Source of the DNA: Ignicoccus pacificus DSM 13166
Lineage (GTDB): Archaea > Thermoproteota > Thermoprotei_A > Sulfolobales > Ignicoccaceae
Assembly (NCBI GenBank): GCA_025340205.1
Contig: CP006868.1
Span: 900,001-932,000 of the forward strand
Direction of reading: 5' to 3'
Length of the DNA stretch: 32,000 nt
In this document: in pieces, positions 8,104-17,767 of the stretch
How positions within the stretch are numbered: position 1 is the first letter of the stretch
Layout of the letters: each line of letters starts with the position of its first letter
Made by a program: the position numbers and the translations under genes
Notes under the pieces: generated by a model
Seen by the model: only the letters and a program-made list of their open reading frames with translations
The model's database searches: none
Told to the model about the DNA's origin: nothing

Positions 8104-9897
8104 ATGATCACCACCAGCATACTGGTCATCATTGCGCTAATAATATACGTCGTCACCTACTATGCCTACGGTAGAAGGGTCCTAGAGAGGAAGGTCGTTA
8201 AGGCTAGCGCTGAAAGGAAGACGCCGGCTCATAAGTACTTTGACAACGTGGACTACGTACCAACGAACAAGTACGTCTTGATGGGTCACCACTTCGCCTC
8301 CATAGCCGGAGCGGGCCCCATCGTAGGGCCGGCGATGGCCATGGGTTGGGGCTGGTTGATGCCGATATTGTGGATATGGTTCGGCAACGTCTTCATAGGA
8401 GCGGTCCACGACTATCTATCCCTAATGGCTTCTGTCAGGTACGACGGAAGGAGTATTCAGTGGATATCCGGTAAGCTAATCAGTCCTAGAATGAGTAAGG
8501 CATTCTCAGTGTTCATATACTTCGCTTTGCTGTTGGTAATAGCTGCATTTGGCGCAGTAATAGGTAAGCTATTCGTGAAGATACCAATTGTAGCCACCGC
8601 CTCTCTGACCCAAATAGCGTTAGCGGTCGTATTAGGATACATAATGTATCAAAAGACCTTAAAGCCCATACCCTCCGCCGCCCTAGGAGCCCTATTCATC
8701 GTGATAAGCGTTCTAGTAGGAGAAGCACTACCGATCCACTTGAGCTATCAGAGCTGGGTAATTGTACTTCTGATTTACACTATCATAGCTGCTAGCCTTC
8801 CCGTATGGGTACTACTACAACCAAGAGACTTCATGAACTCCTTGCTGCTGTACTTCGGTCTGTTCATAGGCGTAGTAGGACTCGTGGTGCTTTTCGGAAA
8901 TCTAGGAATTCCAGCGTACACTAGCTTTACCGCGCCCGTATTAGGAGTACCCTCGCCCTTCTGGCCCATGGTACCACTGGTGATCGCTTGCGGAGCGCTA
9001 AGCGGCTTCCACAGCTTGGTCGCCAGCGGTACCACCTCTAAGCAGCTTGACAGCGAGCTGAGCGGACTACTCGTCGGCTATGGATCCATGTTTGCTGAGG
9101 GACTGCTATCCACCCTCGTGGTAGCTTCCATTGCAGCGATGTTGCCCATAATGTTACTCAACCCCGCCGCTTATGGTCTAAAGCTCGGTATGACTCAAGC
9201 GGAGATACAGAAGATATTGAGCGATCCTATAGCCTTCGGAAACAACTATGCCAAGATAATGAAGGACTTCGGAGGACCGGCAGGAATCTTCGCTAAGACC
9301 TTCGGCGCAGCGGTCGGTACCGCTCTGCACTTACCCGTAAGAGCGCTGATAATATTCGCCGGATTGTGGATAACCTCCTTCGCATTAACCACCTTAGACA
9401 CAACGGTGAGGCTAGCCAGGTTTACGTGGAGCGAGATCATGGAGTACATCAACCTACACAAGACTCCTATAAACAACGCCTGGGTGGCCTCTGCCATAGC
9501 ATCTATCTTAGGCTTCGCCCTAGCTTGGAGCGGAGCCTACCTAGTGCTATGGCCGGCCTTCAGCGGTGTAAACCAGATGCTAGCCTCAATCGCAATGATG
9601 ACCGTCGCTGCTTGGGTGATCAAGGAGCTAAGAGCTCCTAAGAGATATCAGACCACCGTCTTGGCACCAGCGCTGTTCCTGTGGGTGACCGTAACCTTAG
9701 CGCTACTCATCTACGTAGCCTATGTAGCTCCAGTCACTATAGCGAAGAAGGGAGAGGGTACCCTAGTAGCAGTCGAGGCAATAACGATAATAGAACTAAT
9801 ATTCAACTTCTTCCTCCTGAAGGAGTTCCTTAGGGTGTTCAGGGAGGAAAAGGAGAGAGCGGTAGAGGTTAGCGCCGCCAGATCTGAGCAAGCTTAA
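8104..9897 (+). CDS. cstA: CstA-family carbon starvation / peptide-pyruvate transporter (ORF extends upstream to 8071)
   Basis: 'HHFASIAGAGPIVGPAMAMGWGWLMPILWIWFGNVFIGAVHDY' is CstA-typical. ATG at 8104 follows a GGGGTGAT-type SD. Confidence 0.9.
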   Translation: MITTSILVIIALIIYVVTYYAYGRRVLERKVVKASAERKTPAHKYFDNVDYVPTNKYVLMGHHFASIAGAGPIVGPAMAMGWGWLMPILWIWFGNVFIGAVHDYLSLMASVRYDGRSIQWISGKLISPRMSKAFSVFIYFALLLVIAAFGAVIGKLFVKIPIVATASLTQIALAVVLGYIMYQKTLKPIPSAALGALFIVISVLVGEALPIHLSYQSWVIVLLIYTIIAASLPVWVLLQPRDFMNSLLLYFGLFIGVVGLVVLFGNLGIPAYTSFTAPVLGVPSPFWPMVPLVIACGALSGFHSLVASGTTSKQLDSELSGLLVGYGSMFAEGLLSTLVVASIAAMLPIMLLNPAAYGLKLGMTQAEIQKILSDPIAFGNNYAKIMKDFGGPAGIFAKTFGAAVGTALHLPVRALIIFAGLWITSFALTTLDTTVRLARFTWSEIMEYINLHKTPINNAWVASAIASILGFALAWSGAYLVLWPAFSGVNQMLASIAMMTVAAWVIKELRAPKRYQTTVLAPALFLWVTVTLALLIYVAYVAPVTIAKKGEGTLVAVEAITIIELIFNFFLLKEFLRVFREEKERAVEVSAARSEQA

Positions 9898-11083
9898 GCT
9901 CAACGGCTAACTTATTCCAAAGTTTTTTGTCTTTACTCTTCATGTAGCTTAATAGCTCGTCCCTCTTCTTCTTAGGCATCATCCTGAGAGCCATTATGGC
10001 CAACCTTGCCTCGTTTGACTTAACGAAAGCTTGCATGGCAGCTAACGCCTTATCCTTCCACTTAGGTTTTGACGTCATCGTAGCGAGTTGGGTAGCCAAC
10101 ATGTACTTCTGCTCCTCGTTTATTTCTCTTATTAGTTCAGGAGTCTTTATGATCTCGTCTATCGATGGTGGTTTTACTCTCAACCATGCCACAAACCTAG
10201 TTCCAGCCTCGCTCCCTACAAAGGCGCTGGTTACTGAGATCAACCTTCCAACTACTCCTACCCTTCTCACGCGAGCTTGTGAGCTTGAGCTCACCGGTGC
10301 GTCCTCCCTAACCTTGTCCATCTCCTCCCTCCAAGCGGTCTGAAGTTCTACAGCTAGCTTCGACCAAGCTCTAGGAGTAGGAAACGGCTCGAGACCCTCT
10401 GGGTCCTCTGGAGGCATGATGAAGAAGTCGGGATGTTGGCTTAGGAACGCGTAGACCTCCGGAGCCCAGTTCTCGCCGTACTTCTCGTGCATGTAATCGA
10501 GCCACTCGGAGAGCTTCGGAGTTCTTATCTCGAAGACTGCTAACCTTCCGCTGAGCAATGGAGCGGGTAGGGGTCTGGCGAGAGCGTTGTACTCAGGAGG
10601 ATTTCCGGCGGCTACCACCATCTTGTCGAATCTGTACATGTTGACGCTTTTGTTAAGTATTATCTCGAAGGCAGCGCTCATTAGTGTATCGTCTGCGACG
10701 TTGGTGAACTCGTCTAAGAATAGCAATCCCCCAGCTGAATCCCTTAAGACCTTCACCCAACGTGGGAGCTTGTAGTCGAAGGTATCGCTATCAGATCTCA
10801 GGTCCGGTATTCCTGTTAGATCCTCAGGTTTGATCATGTCTAGCCTTAGCAATACCAAAGTGAAGAGATTGTCAGGGGAGTCGGGAAGTTCCCTTTTACT
10901 TTCATATATCCAGAACTTCAAGCCTAACTCTTCAGCCCTCAGTTTTGCGCTCTTTATCACCGCTTCAGTCTTCCCTATTCCCGGAGCTCCCAATAGGAGC
11001 ACTCCGGGCGTCTCCTTAGTCTGATCGTAACTTCTCATGAACCTAAGTAACACTTCTACAGCGTCCGTAGGAGACAGTTCCAT
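9869..11083 (-). CDS. MoxR-like AAA+ ATPase
   Basis: Walker A 'GAPGIGKTEAV', Walker B 'GGLLFLDEF', 'VVAAGNPPEYNALARPLPAPLLSGRLAVFEI'. Confidence 0.8.
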   Translation of the reverse strand: MELSPTDAVEVLLRFMRSYDQTKETPGVLLLGAPGIGKTEAVIKSAKLRAEELGLKFWIYESKRELPDSPDNLFTLVLLRLDMIKPEDLTGIPDLRSDSDTFDYKLPRWVKVLRDSAGGLLFLDEFTNVADDTLMSAAFEIILNKSVNMYRFDKMVVAAGNPPEYNALARPLPAPLLSGRLAVFEIRTPKLSEWLDYMHEKYGENWAPEVYAFLSQHPDFFIMPPEDPEGLEPFPTPRAWSKLAVELQTAWREEMDKVREDAPVSSSSQARVRRVGVVGRLISVTSAFVGSEAGTRFVAWLRVKPPSIDEIIKTPELIREINEEQKYMLATQLATMTSKPKWKDKALAAMQAFVKSNEARLAIMALRMMPKKKRDELLSYMKSKDKKLWNKLAVELKLAQIWRR

Positions 11084-11203
11084 GGTTCTCAGAAGCTGGG
11101 GACGGAGCGCTCTTTTTTATGTGGGTTACCCGCATGCTTCAGTACATCCAAACCCCAGAGACTCATAAAATCTCCCAACTCTCTGGGAGAACGGTGGGAT
11201 TGA

Positions 11204-11446
11204 ATGCCCGTAGAAGCTTTGGTCTTCATGACCGTTGAACCAGCTGCTGTAACTGAAATTCCAGAAAAGCTCAAGAAGATTGAGGGTGTGAAGGAAATAT
11301 ATGAGGTCACTGGTACATATGACTTCGTTATAAAGATGGAGGGGGAGAACTACACGGAACTAGCTAGGGTGCTGAGAGAAAAAGTATTGAAGCTACCCGG
11401 CGTAAAGAGAACCACGACCTCGTTCATTGTCGCCAAGCATTTGTAG
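11204..11446 (+). CDS. Standalone Lrp/AsnC effector-binding (RAM) domain protein
   Basis: 80 aa: 'AFVFMTVEP'-type opening (here ALVFMTVEP), 'IEGVKEIYEVTGTYDFVIKMEGENYTELARVLREKVLKLPGVKRTTTSFIV'. No HTH. Confidence 0.85.
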   Translation: MPVEALVFMTVEPAAVTEIPEKLKKIEGVKEIYEVTGTYDFVIKMEGENYTELARVLREKVLKLPGVKRTTTSFIVAKHL

Positions 11447-11498
11447 GCAGTGAAGAAACTTGGCCGGCACCGATCGATGAGGGAAGCGGGTCACGGGA

Positions 11499-12155
11499 TC
11501 AGAGCCTCTTTACCTCTTCCTTTTCACCTATTAGCCAGTACTCCCCGTCAACCCTTCGCTCTAACTTCCATATAGGAACCTCGTGCTTTAGCCTTTCCAA
11601 CAGTTCTCTGGCGCCCTTGAAGGCCTCCTCCCTTCCCTCAGCAGCGGTTGCCACTATCAGAGTCTTCTCCCCAACTTTTCTAGGACCGATGAATTGAACC
11701 ACCATAGCATCCTTCAAGTTATACTTCTTAATGACATCATCTATGTGCTTTTCGATAAATTTCTCTAGATCCTCATGAGCCTCATAGACCAACTCTTTTA
11801 CCTTTCCCCCTTTTGACTTTACGAACCCAACGAAGGTAACTACAGCTCCTACGTCCTCACTCAGTATGGAGTTCACTACATCGTCGACACTATAGTCATC
11901 TTTTGTTACGATTACCTTAGGCTTACCTCCAGCCGCCGGCGGAACGACGTCCACGACCTCAGTTAATTCCTCCTCGGGTTCAGCAAACCTCCCCTTGATG
12001 ATTATCACAGGTTCAGCGACCTCATAAAGCTCACCAAGCTCATCTTTTAGTATTTCTAGGAGATCCCTTACCTTAGCACCTTCCGGTAAGTCATAAATTT
12101 TCTCTTTACCTAATTTATCGCGGTAGATCGCGTAAAACCTAACCTTGACCTTCAA
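11499..12155 (-). CDS. MoaD-MoaE fusion, molybdopterin synthase
   Basis: N-terminal ubiquitin-fold MoaD (MKVKVRFYAIYRDKLG...VDVVPPAAGG) followed by MoaE (GAVVTFVGFVKS...YEAHEDLEK...VPIWKLE). Confidence 0.88.
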   Translation of the reverse strand: MKVKVRFYAIYRDKLGKEKIYDLPEGAKVRDLLEILKDELGELYEVAEPVIIIKGRFAEPEEELTEVVDVVPPAAGGKPKVIVTKDDYSVDDVVNSILSEDVGAVVTFVGFVKSKGGKVKELVYEAHEDLEKFIEKHIDDVIKKYNLKDAMVVQFIGPRKVGEKTLIVATAAEGREEAFKGARELLERLKHEVPIWKLERRVDGEYWLIGEKEEVKRL

Positions 12156-12208
12156 GATTCCTCAGCAAAGGTTGAAGTCCACTACCTCTACTTTAGCTCT
12201 GGAGGTAA

Positions 12209-13396
12209 GTGTTGAAGCGCTTAACCCCCTCTGAGATCGAAAGCGTGCGGAAGGAACTGGACCTCTGGACCTATGTCGAAAGGGTAATGCCTATAGTGAA
12301 AGACGTTAAGGATAGAGGTCTCGAAGCCCTTAAAGAGTACGTCAAGAAGTTCGATAATTATGAAGGTTGTTTGGAGTTATCCCAAGAAGACCTAGGACAT
12401 AAGAGCGATCCATTACTAGTCAAGAAGTTCGAAAAGGTTCTCGACCACTTGGAGGAGTTCAACAAGACTTTCTTACCTAAGGGAAGCTACGTTAGGAAAA
12501 ACGGTGTTGAAGGTTGGGAGGTCTGGGAACCTATAGAGCTACTTGGAGCCTACGTTCCCGGAGGACTCTATCCCTATCCTTCAACGGTGTTGATGACCGC
12601 TGGATTGGCGAAGAGGCTCGGCGTTAAGGAAGTAGTGGTGGCAACCCCTCCTAGGGCGTTAGAGAACGAGGCCGTAGTGGCAGCGCTCTACGCTTCGGGA
12701 GTAGACAAAGTTATAGCCGCCGGAGGAGCTCACGGGATAGCTGCCTTGGCATTTCTAGCTAAGGTACACAAGATAGTTGGTCCAGGAGGACCGTACGTTC
12801 AAGCGGCTAAGGTCTTGGTGAGCGCTTACGTTCCTATAGATATGATCGCGGGACCCACGGAGTTAGCGGTTATAGCAGATGGGAACGCCGATCCAGAGGA
12901 AATAGCGTATGATATGCTAGCACAAGCTGAACACGGCCCTATGAGTTTCGCTATCCTGTTTACCGATAGCGAGGACTTGGCAACACAAGTAGACGCCATA
13001 GTCTCAGATAAAGAGAACAATATTCAAGGAGACCTATACTATGTCGTCGTAGATGATTTGAAGGAAGCGGTAAACTTGGTCAGCAAGTTAGCTCCGGAAC
13101 ACGTGAGCGTTTATGCGGAGACGTTCGACATTCCAATCGCTGGAGCCTTAAGCCTATGGAGTCCAAGTCCTTTCATCGATTACGGAGCTGGACCGAACCA
13201 TGTCCTCCCCACCGGCGGCTGGGCGAAGGCAAGAGGGCCGTTAAGCCCCATAGACTTCTATCGTTGGAGCACCTCCGCTAAGGCTTATGAAGAATCAAAG
13301 GAATTGCTTAGGATAGCAATAGAAATAGCTAAGATGGAGGGGATGAGATACCACTTGAAGGCCTTAGAACTACTTGCAAAGAAATGGGGTATTTGA
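12209..13396 (+). CDS. hisD: Histidinol dehydrogenase
   Basis: 'GAYVPGGLYPYPSTVLMTAG', 'IVGPGGPYVQAAK', 'DMIAGPTELAVIAD', 'LAQAEHGP', 'APEHVSVYAE', 'GAGPNHVLPTGG', and a C-terminal 'EGMRYH'. Expected Zn/catalytic residues are present. Confidence 0.88.
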   Translation: MLKRLTPSEIESVRKELDLWTYVERVMPIVKDVKDRGLEALKEYVKKFDNYEGCLELSQEDLGHKSDPLLVKKFEKVLDHLEEFNKTFLPKGSYVRKNGVEGWEVWEPIELLGAYVPGGLYPYPSTVLMTAGLAKRLGVKEVVVATPPRALENEAVVAALYASGVDKVIAAGGAHGIAALAFLAKVHKIVGPGGPYVQAAKVLVSAYVPIDMIAGPTELAVIADGNADPEEIAYDMLAQAEHGPMSFAILFTDSEDLATQVDAIVSDKENNIQGDLYYVVVDDLKEAVNLVSKLAPEHVSVYAETFDIPIAGALSLWSPSPFIDYGAGPNHVLPTGGWAKARGPLSPIDFYRWSTSAKAYEESKELLRIAIEIAKMEGMRYHLKALELLAKKWGI

Positions 13397-13435
13397 CTTT
13401 AGTACTCCCTACTACCCTCCCGACGGGTTGTAGTA

Positions 13436-15238
13436 ATGGTAAGGATAGCAGTAGTGGACAAGGACCTTTGCAAGCCTGACAAGTGCAACTATGAGTGCAT
13501 AAGGTTCTGCCCCATTAACAAGAGTGGAAGAGCTAAGGCCATAGAGCTAGGAGAGGATGGAAAACCGATAATATATGAGGACGTCTGCACGGGCTGTGGT
13601 ATTTGTATAAAGAAATGTCCCTTCGGCGCTATCCACATTGAGAACTTACCCGAGGAGGTGGAGGAGAAGCTAGTTCATAGATATGGAGAGAACGGCTTCG
13701 CCCTTTATGGTCTACCTATACCGAAGCAAGGCGAAGTGACTGGTATCATAGGAAGGAACGGCGCGGGAAAGAGCACTTCCATGAAGATATTGGTCGGACT
13801 CTTGAAACCAAACTTAGGTAAAGAGGAAGCCACATGGGATGAGATATTAGCTAAGTTCAAGGGTACCGAGCTGTTCAACTATTTAAAGAAGCTTAAGGAC
13901 GGAAAGATAAAGGCAGCTTACAAACCCCAGTATGTAGCCCAAGTAACCAAGGTATTGAAAGGCGAAGTAGGACAACTGCTTAAGAAAGCTGATGAAAGAG
14001 GTTTGTTTAAAGACGTAGTTAAAGAACTGAACTTGGAACACTTGTTAGACAGGGACGTCCGGAAGCTCTCCGGAGGAGAGCTCCAGAGGTTCTTGATAGC
14101 AGCGGTAATAGTCAAGGACGCGGACGTCTATGCTTTCGATGAACCCACTGCATACTTAGACGTTAAGGAGAGGATGAACGCGGCCAGAGCTATAAGGAAC
14201 TTGATACCCAAGAGTAGGTATACCTTGGTCATCGAACACGATCTAGCAGTGCTGGACTACGTCTCAGACCTCGTTCACATAATCTACGGTGTTCCTGGAG
14301 TTTATGGAATAGTATCTCATCCATATGGTGTTAGAGTTGGCATAAACCACTACATAAGAGGATTCCTCCCAGCTGAAAACATGAGGATTAGGGATAGGCC
14401 AATAGTATTCAAAGCGCCAGAGGCGAGGGAAAGGGTAATCAGCACGGAGAAGTATCTCGAGTGGCCCGAGCTGTACAAGAAATTAGGATCCTTCGAGTTA
14501 ACCGTTGAAAGCGGGGAGGCGCATAGAGGAGAGATCGTAGGAATTTTAGGTCCTAATGGCATAGGAAAGACGACGTTCATTAAGATGTTGGCAGGTATCA
14601 TAAAGCCTGATAAAGGAGAGCTTTATACACCCCAGCTCAAGCTCGCTTACAAACCCCAGTACGTAGTGCCGGAGATGTTCAAGAACTTCAGAACTGTTAG
14701 AGATGTCTTAAGAAAGGTAAGAAGAGACTTCTTAGATACCTCTAGTTGGTATTATGTTGAAGTAATCAAGAGGTTAGGGCTGAACAAGATGCTAGATAAG
14801 GAGGTAAAGGGACTTTCGGGCGGAGAACTCCAGAAGTTAGCGGTTGCTGTGGCCTTGGGCATGGAAGCAGATCTATACCTCTTCGACGAACCTTCGGCGT
14901 TCCTGGATGTAGAAGAGAGACTCGCAGTAGGAAACGCTATAAGGCATATAGTAGAGAGTCAAGGAGTAACCGCCTTCGTTGTCGATCACGATTTAGTGAT
15001 GATGGATCTAATAGCAGACAGAGTAATGGTGTTTAGAGGCGAACCGGGTAAGAGAGGTCATGCCCACAGGCCTATGAGCTTGAGGGAAGGAATGAACTTA
15101 TTCTTGAAAGATCTAGGAATAACGTTCAGGAGGGATGCCGATACTGGTAGACCCAGGGTGAACAAGGAGGGCAGCAAGCTGGATAGGATGCAGAAACTAA
15201 GCGGCGAATATTATTATACCCTCCCTTCAAGGGAGTAG
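13436..15238 (+). CDS. ABCE1/RLI-type ribosome recycling ATPase
   Basis: N-terminal Fe-S domain (CKPDKCNYECIRFCP; CTGCGICIKKCPFGA), twin ABC domains with 'GRNGAGKS'/'GPNGIGKT' and 'LSGGE(L)QR/QK' signatures. Confidence 0.95.
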   Translation: MVRIAVVDKDLCKPDKCNYECIRFCPINKSGRAKAIELGEDGKPIIYEDVCTGCGICIKKCPFGAIHIENLPEEVEEKLVHRYGENGFALYGLPIPKQGEVTGIIGRNGAGKSTSMKILVGLLKPNLGKEEATWDEILAKFKGTELFNYLKKLKDGKIKAAYKPQYVAQVTKVLKGEVGQLLKKADERGLFKDVVKELNLEHLLDRDVRKLSGGELQRFLIAAVIVKDADVYAFDEPTAYLDVKERMNAARAIRNLIPKSRYTLVIEHDLAVLDYVSDLVHIIYGVPGVYGIVSHPYGVRVGINHYIRGFLPAENMRIRDRPIVFKAPEARERVISTEKYLEWPELYKKLGSFELTVESGEAHRGEIVGILGPNGIGKTTFIKMLAGIIKPDKGELYTPQLKLAYKPQYVVPEMFKNFRTVRDVLRKVRRDFLDTSSWYYVEVIKRLGLNKMLDKEVKGLSGGELQKLAVAVALGMEADLYLFDEPSAFLDVEERLAVGNAIRHIVESQGVTAFVVDHDLVMMDLIADRVMVFRGEPGKRGHAHRPMSLREGMNLFLKDLGITFRRDADTGRPRVNKEGSKLDRMQKLSGEYYYTLPSRE

Positions 15239-15291
15239 AGTCATCTAGCTCAACTTAAAAACTTTCGTTCGACCCTATCAAGGCTGGGACC

Positions 15292-15651
15292 ATGAAGTTC
15301 GACGACTATCTGAAGGCCTCAGAGGAGCAGTTGGAGTTAATAGAAGAATTGCAAGAAATCATCAAAGCTCTTGAAGATTCTCCAGCAGATGAGCTAACAG
15401 CAAATAGAGTCATAGAAATACTCAAGAGATTAGGTGAACTTAGGGAAGAATTAAAGGACATCGAAAAGGGTGAAGGAGAAGACTTCGAATTGTTAAAAAG
15501 GTTCTATAACATGGTAGGTATACACGACGAGAGGGAACTACTGGAAGAACTCTTGAAGATGATCCTCAAGGGGAGGATAGATGTACCTCAAGAAATAGTG
15601 CTGGAACAATTAAAACACAACAAGGAGTTCGAGAAGACCTTGAGAGAGTAA
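15292..15651 (+). CDS. Hypothetical Glu/Leu-rich helical protein
   Basis: 119-aa frame with ATG start, in the gap between ABCE1 and NrdD. Confidence 0.6.
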   Translation: MKFDDYLKASEEQLELIEELQEIIKALEDSPADELTANRVIEILKRLGELREELKDIEKGEGEDFELLKRFYNMVGIHDERELLEELLKMILKGRIDVPQEIVLEQLKHNKEFEKTLRE

Positions 15652-15793
15652 ATCGAAAGTGAATCTCGTGCATTTAATTCTTGAACCCCGTTAATGAGGG
15701 TAAGAGCTAGTAATACTCCAATAGTTCCACGAATTAATTTGATAACACCACCTCCCTCTAAATAGGATCTCTGAGCACTATACCTAATCGGGT

Positions 15794-17767
15794 ATGAGAG
15801 ATATGCGCATGAGTGTTCCGAAGAGGAGGACAGAACATCTGACTCAAATAGGGTTTACAACAGTAAAGAACGCTAAGAACCCGCTTGAAGACATGATGGG
15901 CAGATCCGTCAATAGTAATGAATATCAAGGACCTAACAAGCTCCTACTCGAAGCCGCGGAGAGGTACTTCTGGGAGCATGTTGTCGAGGAGGTCATGCCT
16001 AAGGATATGATGAGCGCTCACAGGGAAGGCGTGGTATACGTACATAAGTTACCTCAATCCGTATTCCTACCTTATTGTAACGGTAACGATTACAGTAGAG
16101 TGCTGAAGAAGGGTCTTAGGACTCCAACCATAGTTGCCGGACCGGCCAGAAGATATCAAGTTGCTATGGCTCATGCTGCCAACTTCCTAGCTATGATGCA
16201 ACAGTATTGGACTGGCGCTCAAGCTTATGGAAGCCTAGAGCTATGGGTAGCTCCTTTCATCGCCAAGGAACACTTGAGTGACGATGATATCAAGCAAGGA
16301 ATCCAGACCCTTTACTATGAGCTCAACTTGCCATGGAGGCCCGGAATGCAGACTCCCTTCACCAACATAACGGTAACTTATACTGAGAGTAAGTACATCT
16401 TAGATCAGCCAGCTATCATAGGAGGTGCTTCTACCGGAGACCTCCTAGGCGATTTCCTCGATGAAGCCAGGAGATGGTTAATTCAGTTAGGAAAAGTCCT
16501 TCAAAGAGGAGATGCCCTAAGGCAGCCCTTCACCTTCCCAATTCCGACCCTCATGCCCACCGCCAAGGACTTCTACAATGACCCAGAGCTCTTCGATGCT
16601 ATCTTCGGAACTGCAGCAAAGATGGGAAGCTATTACTGGCTCAACTCCAAGGTCATCGATCCCGATTCCGCCTTCGCTATGTGCTGTAGATACGTAGTTA
16701 AGAAGGATGATGTCAACAAGGCGCTTAGGGGAGGTCTAAGGCTCAAGAGCTTGGAGGAGCAGAGGAAGGAAGAGCTAGAGAGGCTGGCTAAGGGAAGGCT
16801 TGGAGGCACTTGGGCCATACCGGACATCACCGGAAGCATTGGTGTAGTCACCGTCAACCTACCTAGGGTCGCTCTGGACGCCAGAGGAGATGTGGAGACC
16901 TTCTTCCAGATACTCGAGGAGAGGACCGAGCTAGTGGCTAAGTGGCTCAGCTGGTGGAGGGCCCACTACCTAAGGCTGATGAGGAGCTACAAGGACTTCT
17001 ATTCCATGGTCTGGGAGTACTCTCCAGAGTGGACCAAGACCCACTTCAACACCATCGGAGCTATAGGCATGCCCGAGGCTGCAGCCATCCTAATGGATGA
17101 TCCGGAGGTCTGGACGAGCGAGGACATAGGAGCCAAGGAGAAAGCAGTAGAGCTCATGGATAAGATGATAAAGAGGATGGCAGATGTAGCCTCAAGGCTA
17201 ACTGTCGAGTGGGGAGAGCCCTTCAACGTGGAGGAGGTACCCGGAGAGACCGCTGCGGCCAAGCTCTTCATGAACGATCTAAGGCATTACCCGGAGGTCA
17301 GGAAGTTCGTGCCCGAAGGAGTAGATATGTACTCCACCAGCGTGGTTCCCTATTACGACCACGGAATCACTCTATGGCAGAGGATAAGGTGGGAGGGAAG
17401 GGTTCAGCAGAGGTTCACTGGAGGAGTGATGATGCACATCTTCCTAGGAGAGCAGCCCGATCCAGAGGCCTTAGCGAGGCTAACCCAGAAGATCATGGAT
17501 GCCGGAGTGGTGTACTGGAGCTACACCCCAGCTCTCTCAGTATGTGAGAACGGCCACAAGACGGTAGGACTTTACACCAGATGCCCGAGGTGTGGCGCCA
17601 AGACAGAGATATGGAGCAGAATCATAGGCTACTACAGGCCGGTGAGCAACTGGAACCCGTTCAGGCAGAAGGAGTTTAGGATGAGGACCCACTACGAGAG
17701 CAACTTGAGCACTGGGCAGTTAGCGATCTATAGTCTGGAGGATGGAAAGCCAATCTCCAAGAAGTAA
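15794..17767 (+). CDS. nrdD: Anaerobic (class III) ribonucleoside-triphosphate reductase, apparently lacking the N-terminal ATP-cone
   Basis: 'YCNGNDYSRVLKKGL', 'CCRYVV', C-terminal 'CENGHKTVGLYTRCPRCG...SRIIGYYRP' (Zn-site-like plus glycyl-radical-like RxxGY; Gly codon 17627-17629). Confidence 0.85.
   Translation: MRDMRMSVPKRRTEHLTQIGFTTVKNAKNPLEDMMGRSVNSNEYQGPNKLLLEAAERYFWEHVVEEVMPKDMMSAHREGVVYVHKLPQSVFLPYCNGNDYSRVLKKGLRTPTIVAGPARRYQVAMAHAANFLAMMQQYWTGAQAYGSLELWVAPFIAKEHLSDDDIKQGIQTLYYELNLPWRPGMQTPFTNITVTYTESKYILDQPAIIGGASTGDLLGDFLDEARRWLIQLGKVLQRGDALRQPFTFPIPTLMPTAKDFYNDPELFDAIFGTAAKMGSYYWLNSKVIDPDSAFAMCCRYVVKKDDVNKALRGGLRLKSLEEQRKEELERLAKGRLGGTWAIPDITGSIGVVTVNLPRVALDARGDVETFFQILEERTELVAKWLSWWRAHYLRLMRSYKDFYSMVWEYSPEWTKTHFNTIGAIGMPEAAAILMDDPEVWTSEDIGAKEKAVELMDKMIKRMADVASRLTVEWGEPFNVEEVPGETAAAKLFMNDLRHYPEVRKFVPEGVDMYSTSVVPYYDHGITLWQRIRWEGRVQQRFTGGVMMHIFLGEQPDPEALARLTQKIMDAGVVYWSYTPALSVCENGHKTVGLYTRCPRCGAKTEIWSRIIGYYRPVSNWNPFRQKEFRMRTHYESNLSTGQLAIYSLEDGKPISKK

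Noticed and set aside
11447-11498. Possible box C/D sRNA in the gap (cgatcgatgaggg...)
   Set aside because: Box C only partly matches RUGAUGA and no properly placed CUGA box D was found.
15652-15793. Possible minus-strand microprotein (VIKLIRGTIGVLLALTLING...) upstream of nrdD behind an SD-like GGGAGG
   Set aside because: The hydrophobic frame has no ATG/GTG/TTG start after the SD, and the GTG frames stop within a few codons. Too weak to call.
17209-17547. ORF 17209..17547 inside nrdD
   Set aside because: It is fully contained in a well-supported gene in another frame, with Arg/Gly-rich shadow composition.
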